Source of the DNA: Escherichia coli
GTDB taxonomy: Bacteria > Pseudomonadota > Gammaproteobacteria > Enterobacterales > Enterobacteriaceae
DNA: 64,000 bases
Strand: one strand, 5' to 3'
Assembly: GCF_009931435.1 (NCBI RefSeq)
Contig: NZ_CP043414.1
Each line of letters starts with the position of its first letter. The stretch's first letter is position 1. This document shows positions 17,276 to 31,690 of this stretch, piece by piece. The translations under genes and the position numbers were made by a program. The notes below the pieces were generated by a model. The model was not told where the DNA came from. It did not search any database and saw only the letters and a program-made list of their open reading frames with translations.

Positions 17276-18658
17276 TTATCCCACCAGCATCCAGGTCGCC
17301 GGAACTGAGGCAATTAACAGCATGCCAATCAGCACCATTTCCTGACGATTCAGTACATTATCATGTGTATGCGTTTTACGCGCGTACAGGAAGACCAGTA
17401 GCCCTGGCGCATACAGAACGACGGACAACAGCAGATGCATTGGACCAGAGGCGTACAATAACCATAAGCCATAAATGCAGGCACCGACACCTACCGCTTT
17501 ATGCAGTGGACGGGTTGCAATTTTCAGCAAGAACGCGCCGACCAGGAAATAAGGCACCAGAATCATTTCTGAGGCGATGGTCAGCAATGTGTTGTAATCG
17601 GAACCGGTCAGCCAGATCAGTACCAGACAAATTTGCACGCAGATATTGGTCAGCCACAGTGAGGCGGATGGCGCGGCTTGTGCGTTCTGGCGCGCGAAAA
17701 TGCGCGGGAATGCTTTATGGGTGGCTGCCAGGAACGGAACTTCTGCCGCCATGATGGTCCAGCTTAAGTACGCACCGCAAACGGAAACGATCAAACCGGC
17801 AGCGATGATGATTTCGCCCCACGGTCCCATCATTTCCACCATCAGACCGGCCATTGACGGGTTACGAATTTCAGCCAGTTCAGGACGTGCTACCACGCCC
17901 AGCGAAAGCAGCGTTACCAGCAAGTAAACGCCCAGAGCGGAGAGAACCGCCAGCAGTGTTGCTTTACCTACATCACGTTTATTACGCGCACGCGCCGAAA
18001 CGACCACAGCACCTTCCACACCAATGAAAACCCACAGGGTGATCAGCATGGTGTTTTTCACCTGTTCCCATACCGGTACGCCAAGTGCAAGGCCAGTAAA
18101 GTCGAGCTTGAAGGTGTCCAGTTTGAACATCATCATCGCCAGCACAATAAACAGGCCCAGCGGCAACAATTTTGCCAGTGTCGCCACCAGGTTAATGCTG
18201 GCAGCGGTTTGTACCCCGCGCAGGATCAAAAAGTGAACAATCCACAATAAAGCCGAGGCACCGACGATCGATTGCCAGGTATTGCCATCGCCAAACAGAC
18301 GCAATTCCGGCGTGTCCGTAAAAAAGCTTAACGCGGAAAAAACGATCACCAGATAGGAGACGTTGGCGATAACCGCGCACAGCCAGTACCCCCATGCGGA
18401 ACAAAAGCCGATTAACTCACCAAATCCTTCGCGGGCATAGGTAAAGATGCCGCCGTCAAGCTCGGGGCGAATGCGTGTGAGGATCAGCATGGCAAAGGCC
18501 AGCAATAAAATGCCAGCACCAGTAATGCTCCAGCCGATGAGCAGTGCTGCCGGGCTGGCAACTGCCGCCATATTTTGCGGCAGACTGAAAACACCCGCGC
18601 CCAGCATTGAGCTTAATACCAGCGCGGTGAGTGCGCTCAGTCCCAGTTTCTTTTCCAT
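17276..18658 (-). CDS. ydgI: APC-family amino-acid antiporter (putative arginine:ornithine)
   Basis: 460 aa with 12-13 transmembrane segments. Recognised as YdgI/ArcD-like. Confidence 0.9.
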   Translation of the reverse strand: MEKKLGLSALTALVLSSMLGAGVFSLPQNMAAVASPAALLIGWSITGAGILLLAFAMLILTRIRPELDGGIFTYAREGFGELIGFCSAWGYWLCAVIANVSYLVIVFSALSFFTDTPELRLFGDGNTWQSIVGASALLWIVHFLILRGVQTAASINLVATLAKLLPLGLFIVLAMMMFKLDTFKLDFTGLALGVPVWEQVKNTMLITLWVFIGVEGAVVVSARARNKRDVGKATLLAVLSALGVYLLVTLLSLGVVARPELAEIRNPSMAGLMVEMMGPWGEIIIAAGLIVSVCGAYLSWTIMAAEVPFLAATHKAFPRIFARQNAQAAPSASLWLTNICVQICLVLIWLTGSDYNTLLTIASEMILVPYFLVGAFLLKIATRPLHKAVGVGACIYGLWLLYASGPMHLLLSVVLYAPGLLVFLYARKTHTHDNVLNRQEMVLIGMLLIASVPATWMLVG

Positions 18659-18790
18659 CGATATCCAGTGGTTAAAACGTGATTAGAAGAATAAATATTA
18701 GGGCAAAACGCATAAAAATGGAGTTTGCCACTGAAGCGCGGGATTTTACGAAGAGATGTGTCTGCATGCAATGGTCGTGGGGAAATTTGT

Positions 18791-18825
18791 GACTAAAAAT
18801 GCGAAAGGCGGCATTAAGCCGCCTT
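18791..18825 (-). terminator. ydgH intrinsic terminator
   Basis: Hairpin aaggcggcattaagccgcctt followed by a T-run on the minus strand. Confidence 0.6.
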
Positions 18826-18843
18826 ATAGTGGTAACTGAATAG

Positions 18844-19788
18844 TTATTTATACAGATCTGCGCTAACGGTGAGGTTATTACCACGTTCCTGCCACTGGCG
18901 GGTGATGTGGTAATACTTAGCGCCTTTCTTCGCGGCACGTTTCGCAACCTGATAGGAGACTTCGGTCATGTTGCCATAGTTGCCAGAGAATTTGATGCTG
19001 TCGAATGGAACCATCATCGCTGCTGTTGCTTTGTTCAGTTCTTCGACTTTAGTACCATCAGGAAGCGTGACAGTGTAACGCCCGCCTTTTGATGACTGGG
19101 TTTCAAAGAAGCGACCAACTTCAGAACTTGGTGATGCGGTTGTCGCAACCCCTGGGATCTCTACTTTCTTCGCTGCTTCGCCACCCGCAGCCAGAGCTGC
19201 ACGTCCCGCTTCGGAATCTGCCGGGATCACATCCGGGCTTTGTACGACGCGTTTCTTAGCATCTTTTTTATAGATGAACGCTGTAATGCGCTGGTTACCG
19301 CCCTGGTTAGCATCGATTTGACGAACAATGTAGAAAGCGTAAGCGCCTTTCGCTTTTGCCGCTTTGGTGATGGCGTCATTGACTTCAGGCTGGCTACGAT
19401 AGAAGCCCTGAACGGTAACCGTATCAAACGGTTCAATCAGAACGGCCTGATCTTTTGGCAGTTCGACAACACCGTTGATAACGCGATTACTTGTTTCTTC
19501 GGCTTTTTCAGCATCGGCTTTATAGAGGTCAGCGACCACACGCCAGTTACCGCTGTTACCAAAATCAGAAGTGTCGACAACATAAAAAGAGGCGGCACCT
19601 TCTTTATCAGCGCGACGAGAAACGGCTTTCACCGCTTCGCCAATAGCATTAAAACGACCGGTAACCACTACACGGTCAAAAGGTTTAACCGCTGCCGCTT
19701 GCTCCGGTGTCAGTTCTGTTGCTGCGTTAACGGAAAAGGCCGTAGCAGAAAGCAGTGCCGACGCCAGGAGGGTGTTCTTAAGCTTCAT
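18844..19788 (-). CDS. ydgH: periplasmic DUF1471 (YhcN-family repeats) protein
   Basis: 314 aa with signal peptide MKLKNTLLASALLSATAFSVNA and three internal repeats. Confidence 0.9.
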   Translation of the reverse strand: MKLKNTLLASALLSATAFSVNAATELTPEQAAAVKPFDRVVVTGRFNAIGEAVKAVSRRADKEGAASFYVVDTSDFGNSGNWRVVADLYKADAEKAEETSNRVINGVVELPKDQAVLIEPFDTVTVQGFYRSQPEVNDAITKAAKAKGAYAFYIVRQIDANQGGNQRITAFIYKKDAKKRVVQSPDVIPADSEAGRAALAAGGEAAKKVEIPGVATTASPSSEVGRFFETQSSKGGRYTVTLPDGTKVEELNKATAAMMVPFDSIKFSGNYGNMTEVSYQVAKRAAKKGAKYYHITRQWQERGNNLTVSADLYK

Positions 19789-20248
19789 AAAAATAATCCT
19801 TCGCCTTGCGCAAACCAGGTACTGGTATTGTTATTAACGAGAAACGTGGCTGATTATTGCATTTAAACGGTGTAACTGTCTGCGTCATTTTTCATATCAC
19901 ATTCCTTAAGCCAATTTTAATCCTGTTCAAATGACGGTCTATGCTTAAAAAACAGCCGTATCAGCATCAATACTACTGAAGCAACTGAATTGTATAAGTT
20001 AATTTAATGTTAAGTAATGATTCGTGCCGGGGCGATATCACGTTTTACCTGTCCACCGAAGATAATTATCAGTCTTTATCTAGCGTTCTAAGGTGTTTAT
20101 CCCACTATCACGGCTGAATCGTTAATATTTTGCGAGTTCACGCCGAAATACTGATTTTTGGCGCTAGATCACAGGCATAATTTTCAGTACGTTATAGGGC
20201 GTTTGTTACTAATTTATTTTAACGGAGTAACATTTAGCTCGTACATGA

Positions 20249-21844
<1,596 letters not shown>

Positions 21845-21851
21845 GGGGTAA

Positions 21852-23243
<1,392 letters not shown>

Positions 23244-23245
23244 AC

Positions 23246-23278
23246 TTGACGGCCTCTGCGGAGGCCGTCACTCTTTAT
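23246..23278. terminator. bidirectional terminator between pntB and tqsA
   Basis: Perfect hairpin gacggcctctgcggaggccgtc flanked by A- and T-rich runs. Confidence 0.65.
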
Positions 23279-24302
23279 TGAGATCGCTTAACAGAACGGC
23301 GATGCTTTGACCTCCCGCTGTTTGTTCAAGCGCAATTTTGACAATAATTGTCAACGGCACGGAAAGCAGCATACCCACCGGTCCTAACAACCATCCCCAA
23401 AAAATCAACGACAGAAATACCACCAATGTGGAAAGCCCCAGCCCACGCCCCATGATCCGCGGCTCCAGAATATTGCCGAAGACCAGATTAATCAGCAGAT
23501 ATCCCGCCAGCACCAGCAACGCTTCGTAGAAGCCATTAAACACCAGTACCTGAGCGATAGGGGGGATTGCCGCGAGGACTGAACCAATATTCGGGATGTA
23601 ATTAAGCGCAAAGGCCAGCAATCCCCAGACAAAAGCGAAGCGAACATCGAGTGCGGCGAGCATCGCCCAGGCGACCAGGCCGGTGATGATGCTGATGGCT
23701 GTTTTCAGCACCAGATAATGAGACACACTGTCAATCGCGCGCTGAATCGCCGCCATCCCTTCAACCGGACGCGCCATCATTTGCTGAAATTTTCCGGGCA
23801 ATTGTGGCACTTCGAGCAGCATAAACAACACCGTCAGCAGCAATAAAAATATTGATGACATGGCATTAGATAACTGCGTCAATAAGTTGGTGAGCAACGT
23901 CATCGCCGCGTTCGGATCAATGTAATGCGCCAGTTGGTCAACTGAGACGTCAATCCCTACGCGTTGCAACAACGGCTCAAGAGCTTGCAGCGGCGTCATA
24001 ATAGAGTTGCGATATTGCGGTAACGTCCGCGTCAACTCGTTGAGCGCGGAACCCAGATAAGCTAACAGCAACACCATAGCCATCACGATGATGGTCATCA
24101 AAATCGACACCGCCAGTACACGCGGCACTCGCCAGCGGACCATGTGTTGCACCAGCGGGTTAAGAATAACAGCAATAAATAATGCGAGAATAAACGGCAC
24201 GATGATCTCGGCGGCAAAACGGATACCGCAGAGAATAATGACCAGCATTCCCAACATAATGACGATTTTTAGACCATTGAGCGTGATGATCGGCTTTGCC
24301 AT
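23268..24302 (-). CDS. tqsA: AI-2 exporter TqsA (YdgG, AI-2E family)
   Basis: 344-aa polytopic membrane protein. Recognised as TqsA/YdgG. Confidence 0.92.
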
Positions 24303-24713
24303 GCTTGTCCCCGTTTTTTCTTTCTTTGCTAATAATAATGTCTTTTTCGTTCCGTCATCATAACGAAAATCAAACTGCTCAGGTAAAGAAGTGAAAATAT
24401 TTTGAGTTAATTCTTAAGCTATGATACAAATCAGGCGTGTTCAACTACCGAGGACAATTATCATCCGCGATGATGAGAAGCAACACTGCGGATAATTGTA
24501 ATATTATGGACAATTTGTTCAGGACGTTATTTTCTACATTTACCCATCTTCGTACCTCATCCACTATTTTGCTCGTAGGTGAGCAGCACTGGCGCAACGC
24601 GCTTTAGTCCTTTCTTCTGCCTAACCTTGCGCTATGCGCGGGGCTTGATCACTTTGCTCTGGTTTCGCTGAATTGAGCGAAAGATAAAATAATTCTCTTG
24701 CAGGAGAAGGACG

Positions 24714-25079
24714 ATGTATATTTATTGGATTTTATTAGGTCTGGCTATTGCTACGGAAATTACCGGCACGCTGTCAATGAAATGGGCGAGCGTCAGTGAG
24801 GGTAATGGCGGTTTTATTTTAATGCTGGTGATGATTTCTCTGTCGTATATATTTCTCTCCTTCGCCGTTAAAAAAATCGCCTTAGGCGTAGCTTATGCGC
24901 TGTGGGAAGGTATCGGTATTTTATTGATTACCTTGTTTAGCGTTTTGTTATTCGATGAAAGTTTATCGCTGATGAAAATTGCCGGGTTAACGACCCTGGT
25001 GGCTGGGATTGTATTAATCAAATCAGGTACCCGTAAAGCGTGTAAACCTGAGCCGGAGGTGAACCATGGCGCAGTTTGA
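24714..25079 (+). CDS. mdtJ: SMR-family spermidine exporter subunit MdtJ
   Basis: 121 aa with four transmembrane segments. Confidence 0.93.
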   Translation: MYIYWILLGLAIATEITGTLSMKWASVSEGNGGFILMLVMISLSYIFLSFAVKKIALGVAYALWEGIGILLITLFSVLLFDESLSLMKIAGLTTLVAGIVLIKSGTRKACKPEPEVNHGAV

Positions 25080-25395
25080 ATGGGTACACGCCGTCTGGCT
25101 GGCATTGGCAATCGTGCTGGAAATCGTTGCTAATGTCTTTTTGAAATTTTCTGACGGCTTTCGTCGCAAAATCTATGGTTTGCTCTCCCTGGCGGCGGTG
25201 CTGGCTGCCTTTAGTGCGCTTTCTCAAGCCGTTAAAGGGATTGACTTGTCTGTAGCCTATGCATTGTGGGGCGGATTTGGTATTGCCGCCACGTTAGTCG
25301 CAGGTTGGGTTTTGTTTGGTCAACGTTTAAATCGCAAAGGCTGGATTGGCCTGGTCTTGCTGTTGGCTGGAATGATTATGGTGAAGTTTGCCTGA
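25066..25395 (+). CDS. mdtI: SMR-family spermidine exporter subunit MdtI
   Basis: 109 aa. Overlaps mdtJ by 14 nt. Confidence 0.93.
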   Translation: MAQFEWVHAVWLALAIVLEIVANVFLKFSDGFRRKIYGLLSLAAVLAAFSALSQAVKGIDLSVAYALWGGFGIAATLVAGWVLFGQRLNRKGWIGLVLLLAGMIMVKFA

Positions 25396-25433
25396 TGAAC
25401 ACGCTGCCCGTGCTGTCGGGCAGCGTTTGAATG

Positions 25434-26255
25434 CTATTTTTGCAAAAGTTGGTCTAGCTTGTCGCGAAAACCAGTGACAGAAATGGCCCGGTTATCGGCA
25501 CGCCAGCGATCTTTCGCGGCAGGAGCCGAACTTTGCACGCCAATTAACTGCCAGCCGTCATCGGTATGCAACATCAGAGGCGAACCGCTGTCACCCGGCA
25601 AGGTATCGCACTGATGTGACATCACCGACGTTTGCGCCCAGCCAGTTACTTCACAGTTTTGATGACTGTACAACGTATCGAGATGATCTTCAGGGTATCC
25701 CGCTTGAGTCACTTTTCGACCTGCCGCTTTTAATGCGGCGGTAAGTGCGGCTTTATCTCCCGCAAATAACGGCAATGGTGTAATGCCAGAAGGGGGATTA
25801 CGTAGCACAATCAAACCGAAGTCCCACGGCGCAGCTGCGGGAGGAACAATCCAACCATCCCCATCTGCTTTTAACCGCTTTCCCAGTGTCGGGTCAACGC
25901 GGCCTTCTATGTCGTGGATCTCATAGCGCCAAAGACCTTTATTTGACACAAAACGCAGCGCCACCGCTTTATCGGCTTTACCCTTTGGCGGCGTCAATAA
26001 ACAGTGTCCTGCCGTTAATGCCAGATTGGGTGCAATTAGCGTCGCCGTACATAAATTGCCGCTGGCCGTTTCCAGTTGCCCAACCGCATCCCACGGTGAT
26101 TGGGTCGTGTCATTCACTGGCACACGATCATCATGACCAAAAAACAGGGTGCTGACCTCATCGTTTGCCGATTTGGCAACGTCTGGTTTATCTGCAAACA
26201 CAAAAGCAGACGTCAAACTAATTGCACCCAACACTACTGCAATGGTTGTACGCAT
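25434..26255 (-). CDS. ydgD: putative trypsin-like serine peptidase YdgD
   Basis: 273 aa with a signal peptide and trypsin-like motifs (TAGHC...GDSGSP). Confidence 0.9.
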   Translation of the reverse strand: MRTTIAVVLGAISLTSAFVFADKPDVAKSANDEVSTLFFGHDDRVPVNDTTQSPWDAVGQLETASGNLCTATLIAPNLALTAGHCLLTPPKGKADKAVALRFVSNKGLWRYEIHDIEGRVDPTLGKRLKADGDGWIVPPAAAPWDFGLIVLRNPPSGITPLPLFAGDKAALTAALKAAGRKVTQAGYPEDHLDTLYSHQNCEVTGWAQTSVMSHQCDTLPGDSGSPLMLHTDDGWQLIGVQSSAPAAKDRWRADNRAISVTGFRDKLDQLLQK

Positions 26256-26530
26256 ATCACACTCTGGTGGGTAATTATGATTATTAAAAGCAAACCCTCA
26301 TAAATACTATAGACGGGACGGGATGAAAGTGGGAGCAAAATCAGATAACTACGATCAGGAAAGATAAAAACGGGTGGCAATCAGTGCGCATAAAATAAGG
26401 ATGATAAGAATGAACTCAAAGCGATAACGGCCCACCATACTACCCTCCGCTAAAGGCGGTGCCAAACGTTACCCGCTTAGCACCGTAATTTTCAGGCGCG
26501 AGGGGGCGCGCCAGCATTACTGTTGAAAAC

Positions 26531-26839
26531 TTACGCTGCGGGTTGTGCAGCAGGTTTTGCCGGTTGCTGATGGCTGTGTTTCTTGGCGTGTTTCTTCGCT
26601 GCCTGCGCTTTTTGTTCAGGGGCTTTCTGTTCAGCTTTCGCATTTTTATGATGCTTTTTAGCCGCCTGCGCTTTCTGGGCAGGTGCTGCTTTATGCTGTT
26701 TTTTATGATGTGTAGTTTTCGCCGGCGCTGCTTTGGTGGTCGTCGCAGTCGGAGCAGGTGTGGTCGCAGTCTCTGCAGCAAAGGCGGCAGAAGACAGACC
26801 CATAGCAGCGGCAACAACCAGAGCTAATACTTTTTTCAT
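26531..26839 (-). CDS. asr: acid shock protein Asr
   Basis: 102 aa from [21 protein letters not shown]. Lys/Ala/His-rich repeats. Confidence 0.9.
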   Translation of the reverse strand: MKKVLALVVAAAMGLSSAAFAAETATTPAPTATTTKAAPAKTTHHKKQHKAAPAQKAQAAKKHHKNAKAEQKAPEQKAQAAKKHAKKHSHQQPAKPAAQPAA

Positions 26840-27261
26840 TGTCATACCCTCAATTTGTTTTTTCATTTAACCCCACTGCGGGGCCGTTGAAATAACTATA
26901 TCCCTGGGAATGGCAGACTTCCGTGAGTGGTTGGTTTCAGCGTGTAACGATATGTACAAACGTTAAATAAATTACAGCGTTGATAATAACGTATTGTGAC
27001 TTAAGGGAAATTTAGCTACCAATAATAGTAGTCTTGATCGGGTTAACTATTTTACTACTTACAAAGCGGTAGAATAACTGCGCATCAGTAATAAATGACA
27101 CACAGCAAAATGAATCCGTTTATTTGGGTACTTATAATCCTGATGACACTAGATGCGCTGCGGGAATTGGCTGGCGCTTCGTCTATTTTAGGATGGCTAT
27201 TAACGTTGGTTTGAGCAGGCAATAAGTCCGGATGGGTATTTACCGCAGTCCGGACTTATTT

Positions 27262-28515
27262 TTAGGCGTGCAGACGACGATGCAAACGCGTCCCGACCAG
27301 CAGAGCAATGACCAGCATCAGAGCAATAAATGCGCCGACGCCGTTCCAGCCATAGTTATGCCAGAAAACACCACCCAGCGTCCCGGCAATACTCGACCCC
27401 AGATAGTAACTGAACAGATACAGCGAGGAGGCCTGGCCTTTAGCGCGTTTTGCGCGGGGGCCGATCCAGCTGCTGGCAACTGAGTGGGCTGCGAAGAATC
27501 CGGCTGAGAAGAGTAACATTCCGGCAAAGATTAGCCACAGCGAGCTGAATAAGGTCATCAGTAAACCAAACAGCATAACCCCCGTCGAAAACAACATCAC
27601 CGGACCGCGCCCATAACGGGTGGTCATGGTTCCGGCTTTGGGTGAGCTCCATGTACCGGTCAAATAAGCCAGCGATAATAAGCCAACCACGGCCTGACTG
27701 ACATGCCAGGGGGAGAGCATCAACCGATAGCCGATGTAATTAAACAGCGTGACGAACGACCCCATCAGCAAAAAGCCTTCTGCGAACAATAACGGCAATC
27801 CCCGGTCACGCCAGTGCAGACGAAAGTTGATAAATAACGTCTTTGGTCGCAGGGAAGTCGGGCGAAAATGGCGTGATTCCGGGAGGATTTTCCAGAACAT
27901 CAACGCCGAGGTCAGCGCGAAACAGCCGATAGCCGCCAGAGCAATTCGCCAGTTGAAAAAGTCCGTGAAGACACCGCTAATTAAGCGTCCGCTCATGCCG
28001 CCAATTGAGTTGCCGCTGATATACAACCCCATCGAAAAGGCCACGAAACTGGGGTGGATTTCCTCGCTAAGATAAGTCATGCCAACAGCTGCAACGCCAC
28101 TTAACGAAAGCCCAATCAAGGCGCGCATAATCAAAATGCCGTGCCAGCTGGTCATCATTGTCGAAAGTAACGTACAAATGGAGGCCAACAGTAGCGCCGT
28201 GACCATCACTGGTTTGCGACCAATGGCATCGGATAGCGGGCCAGTAAACAGCAAACCGATAGCCAACATCGCCGTTGAAATGGACAGTGAAATACTACTG
28301 TTCGCAGGCGTTAAGCCAAACTCCTGCGAAAGCACCGGAAGGATAGGTTGCACACAATAGAGAAGTGCGAAGGTTGCCAGTCCGGCAGAGAAAAGCGCCA
28401 GGGTGACGCGCATAAATTGCGGCGTACCGCGTTTAATAAATTGATTTGGCTGAGAAATGCTTTGCTTGTCAGTGACGCTTGCCGGAGCGCCATCAACAGT
28501 TGTAGTACGGCTCAC
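27262..28515 (-). CDS. ynfM: MFS transporter YnfM
   Basis: 417 aa with 12 transmembrane segments. Confidence 0.9.
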   Translation of the reverse strand: MSRTTTVDGAPASVTDKQSISQPNQFIKRGTPQFMRVTLALFSAGLATFALLYCVQPILPVLSQEFGLTPANSSISLSISTAMLAIGLLFTGPLSDAIGRKPVMVTALLLASICTLLSTMMTSWHGILIMRALIGLSLSGVAAVGMTYLSEEIHPSFVAFSMGLYISGNSIGGMSGRLISGVFTDFFNWRIALAAIGCFALTSALMFWKILPESRHFRPTSLRPKTLFINFRLHWRDRGLPLLFAEGFLLMGSFVTLFNYIGYRLMLSPWHVSQAVVGLLSLAYLTGTWSSPKAGTMTTRYGRGPVMLFSTGVMLFGLLMTLFSSLWLIFAGMLLFSAGFFAAHSVASSWIGPRAKRAKGQASSLYLFSYYLGSSIAGTLGGVFWHNYGWNGVGAFIALMLVIALLVGTRLHRRLHA

Positions 28516-28621
28516 TTGAAATCCTTGCTAAATATGCCTGTGGATCAGGCTTATGAATAGATTAGGAAAATCGAATTGTTCTGTCTAATATATTAATAAT
28601 CTCAAATAAGATGTTTTAAAT

Positions 28622-29515
28622 ATGAATATTGAACTTCGTCATCTGCGTTACTTTGTTGCTGTTGCGGAAGAGCTGCATTTCGGGCGCGCCGCTGCCCGCC
28701 TGAATATTTCGCAACCACCGCTAAGTCAGCAGATTCAGGCGCTGGAGCAACAAATTGGTGCCCGACTGCTGGCACGGACCAATCGCAGTGTATTGCTGAC
28801 GGAAGCAGGAAAACAGTTTCTTGCAGATAGTCGGCAAATCCTGTCTATGGTGGATGACGCTGCCGCTCGCGCTGAAAGGCTGCATCAGGGCGAAGCGGGG
28901 GAGTTGCGCATTGGTTTTACTTCGTCCGCTCCTTTTATTCGGGCGGTGTCCGATACGTTATCGCTGTTTCGTCGTGATTATCCCGATGTCCATTTACAAA
29001 CCCGCGAAATGAACACTCGCGAGCAAATCGCTCCGCTCATTGAAGGAACGCTGGATATGGGATTGCTGCGTAACACAGCGTTACCGGAGACGCTTGAACA
29101 CGCAGTCATCGTCCATGAACCGCTTATGGCGATGATCCCGCACGATCATCCCCTGGCAAATAACCCGAGTGTAACGCTGGCTGAACTGGCGAAAGAACCC
29201 TTTGTCTTTTTTGATCCGCACGTAGGGACAGGGCTGTATGACGATATTCTCGGGCTGATGAGACGTTACAATTTGACGCCCGTCATCACTCAGGAGGTGG
29301 GTGAGGCAATGACCATCATCGGTCTGGTTTCCGCTGGTCTGGGTGTTTCAATTTTGCCTGCGTCATTTAAACGTGTTCAGCTCAACGAAATGCGCTGGGT
29401 GCCGATTGCTGAAGAGGATGCGGTTTCTGAAATGTGGTTGGTCTGGCCGAAACACCATGAACAAAGTCCGGCTGCGCGTAACTTTCGTATTCATCTGCTG
29501 AATGCTCTCAGGTGA
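28622..29515 (+). CDS. ynfL: LysR-family transcriptional regulator
   Basis: 297 aa. N-terminal helix-turn-helix LRHLRYFVAVAEELHFGRAAARLNISQPPLSQQI. Divergent from ynfM. Confidence 0.9.
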   Translation: MNIELRHLRYFVAVAEELHFGRAAARLNISQPPLSQQIQALEQQIGARLLARTNRSVLLTEAGKQFLADSRQILSMVDDAAARAERLHQGEAGELRIGFTSSAPFIRAVSDTLSLFRRDYPDVHLQTREMNTREQIAPLIEGTLDMGLLRNTALPETLEHAVIVHEPLMAMIPHDHPLANNPSVTLAELAKEPFVFFDPHVGTGLYDDILGLMRRYNLTPVITQEVGEAMTIIGLVSAGLGVSILPASFKRVQLNEMRWVPIAEEDAVSEMWLVWPKHHEQSPAARNFRIHLLNALR

Positions 29516-29649
29516 GGGAAATTTCAGCGAAAAAGCCCGAAAAATGTGCTGTTAATCACATGCCTAAGTAAAAATTTGACGACACGTATTGAAGTGCTTC
29601 ACCATAGCCTACAGATTATTTCGGAGCGCGAAAATATAGGGAGTATGCG

Positions 29650-30870
29650 GTGGTTGCTGAAAACCAGCCTGGGCACATTGATCAAATAAAGCAGACCAAC
29701 GCGGGCGCGGTTTATCGCCTGATTGATCAGCTTGGTCCAGTCTCGCGTATCGATCTTTCCCGTCTGGCGCAACTGGCTCCTGCCAGTATCACCAAAATTG
29801 TCCGTGAGATGCTCGAAGCACACCTGGTGCAAGAGCTGGAAATCAAAGAAGCGGGGAACCGTGGCCGTCCGGCGGTGGGGCTGGTGGTTGAAACTGAAGC
29901 CTGGCACTATCTTTCTCTGCGCATTAGTCGCGGGGAGATTTTCCTTGCTTTGCGCGATCTGAGCAGCAAACTGGTGGTGGAGGAGTCGCAGGAACTGGCG
30001 TTAAAAGATGACTCGCCATTGTTGGATCGTATCATTTCCCATATCGATCAGTTTTTTATCCGCCATCAGAAAAAACTTGAGCGTCTGACTTCTATTGCCA
30101 TTACCTTGCCGGGAATTATTGATACGGAAAATGGTATTGTACATCGCATGCCGTTCTACGAGGATGTAAAAGAGATGCCGCTCGGCGAGGCGCTGGAGCA
30201 GCATACCGGCGTACCGGTTTATATTCAGCATGATATCAGCGCATGGACGATGGCTGAGGCCTTGTTTGGTGCCTCACGCGGGGCGCGCGATGTGATTCAG
30301 GTGGTTATCGATCACAACGTGGGGGCGGGCGTCATTACCGATGGTCATCTGCTACACGCAGGCAGCAGTAGCCTCGTGGAGATTGGTCACACGCAGGTCG
30401 ACCCATATGGGAAACGCTGTTATTGCGGGAATCACGGCTGCCTCGAAACCATTGCCAGTGTGGACAGTATTCTTGAGTTGGCACAGCTGCGTCTCAATCA
30501 ATCCATGAGCTCGATGTTACACGGACAGCCGTTAACCGTTGACTCATTGTGTCAGGCGGCATTGCACGGCGATCTGCTGGCAAAAGACATCATTACCGGG
30601 GTAGGCGCACATGTTGGGCGCATTCTTGCCATCATGGTGAATTTATTTAACCCACAAAAAATACTGATTGGCTCACCGTTAAGTAAAGCAGCAGATATCC
30701 TCTTCCCGGTCATCTCGGATAGCATCCGTCAGCAGGCCCTTCCTGCGTATAGTAAGCACATTAGCGTTGAGAGTACCCAGTTTTCTAACCAGGGTACGAT
30801 GGCGGGCGCTGCGCTGGTAAAAGACGCGATGTATAACGGTTCTTTGTTGATTCGTCTGTTGCAGGGTTAA
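29650..30870 (+). CDS. mlc: Mlc (DgsA) ROK-family global repressor, GTG start
   Basis: 406 aa. MVAENQPGHIDQIKQTNAGAVYRLIDQ recognised as Mlc. Contains the ROK zinc motif CYCGNHGCLE. Confidence 0.95.
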   Translation: MVAENQPGHIDQIKQTNAGAVYRLIDQLGPVSRIDLSRLAQLAPASITKIVREMLEAHLVQELEIKEAGNRGRPAVGLVVETEAWHYLSLRISRGEIFLALRDLSSKLVVEESQELALKDDSPLLDRIISHIDQFFIRHQKKLERLTSIAITLPGIIDTENGIVHRMPFYEDVKEMPLGEALEQHTGVPVYIQHDISAWTMAEALFGASRGARDVIQVVIDHNVGAGVITDGHLLHAGSSSLVEIGHTQVDPYGKRCYCGNHGCLETIASVDSILELAQLRLNQSMSSMLHGQPLTVDSLCQAALHGDLLAKDIITGVGAHVGRILAIMVNLFNPQKILIGSPLSKAADILFPVISDSIRQQALPAYSKHISVESTQFSNQGTMAGAALVKDAMYNGSLLIRLLQG

Positions 30871-30994
30871 CATTTTTTAACTGTTCTACCAAAATTTGCG
30901 CTATCTCAATTTGGGCCAGGAAAGCATAACTTAGACTTTCAAGGTTAATTATTTTCCTGGTTTATATTTGTGAAGCATAACGGTGGAGTTAGTG

Positions 30995-31690
30995 ATGCTG
31001 AAGCGTTTCTTTATTACCGGTACAGACACTTCTGTAGGGAAAACGGTGGTTTCCCGCGCATTGCTACAAGCGTTAGCCTCCCAGGGAAAAACGGTTGCGG
31101 GATATAAACCCGTAGCGAAGGGGAGCAAAGAGACACCCGAAGGGCTGCGTAATAAAGATGCCCTGGTGTTGCAGAGTGTTTCAACCATCGAACTGCCTTA
31201 TGAAGCAGTTAATCCTATCGCGTTAAGCGAAGAAGAAAGTAGCGTGGCGCACAGTTGCCCAATCAATTACACCCTCATTTCAAACGGCCTGGCAAACCTG
31301 ACCGATAAAGTCGATCATGTGGTGGTCGAAGGTACTGGCGGTTGGCGCAGTCTGATGAATGATTTGCGTCCGCTCTCTGAATGGGTGGTGCAGGAACAAC
31401 TGCCGGTGTTGATGGTTGTCGGTATTCAGGAAGGTTGCATTAACCATGCACTGCTGACAGCTCAGGCGATTGCCAACGACGGGCTGCCGCTCATTGGCTG
31501 GGTGGCTAACCGAATCAACCCAGGACTGGCGCATTATGCGGAAATCATTGATGTGCTGGGTAAAAAACTTCCAGCACCGCTCATTGGTGAACTGCCTTAT
31601 TTACCGCGCGCCGAACAGCGTGAACTGGGGCAATACATCCGCTTAGCTATGCTGCGCAGTGTGCTGGCGGTAGATAGAGTCACGGTGTAA
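30995..31690 (+). CDS. ynfK: dethiobiotin synthetase paralogue
   Basis: 231 aa from [20 protein letters not shown], with a BioD-like P-loop. Confidence 0.9.
   Translation: MLKRFFITGTDTSVGKTVVSRALLQALASQGKTVAGYKPVAKGSKETPEGLRNKDALVLQSVSTIELPYEAVNPIALSEEESSVAHSCPINYTLISNGLANLTDKVDHVVVEGTGGWRSLMNDLRPLSEWVVQEQLPVLMVVGIQEGCINHALLTAQAIANDGLPLIGWVANRINPGLAHYAEIIDVLGKKLPAPLIGELPYLPRAEQRELGQYIRLAMLRSVLAVDRVTV

Noticed and set aside
17215-17754. 179-aa plus-strand ORF overlapping folM/ydgI
   Set aside because: Arg-rich antisense frame of ydgI. No independent support.
26440-26866. Arg/Lys-rich 125-aa ORF and plus-strand 94-aa ORF overlapping asr
   Set aside because: Frame artefacts of the repetitive Ala/Lys/His/Gln codons of asr. 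asr itself (102 aa from MKKVLAL) explains the region.
27213-27252. Perfect 40-bp hairpin (aataagtccggatgggtatttaccgcagtccggacttatt) upstream of asr / downstream of ynfM; considered as a REP element or novel regulatory RNA
   Set aside because: Most simply the ynfM transcription terminator or attenuator-like stem. It has no REP consensus (GCCGGATGCGGCG-like) and lies too near the gene end to argue for more.
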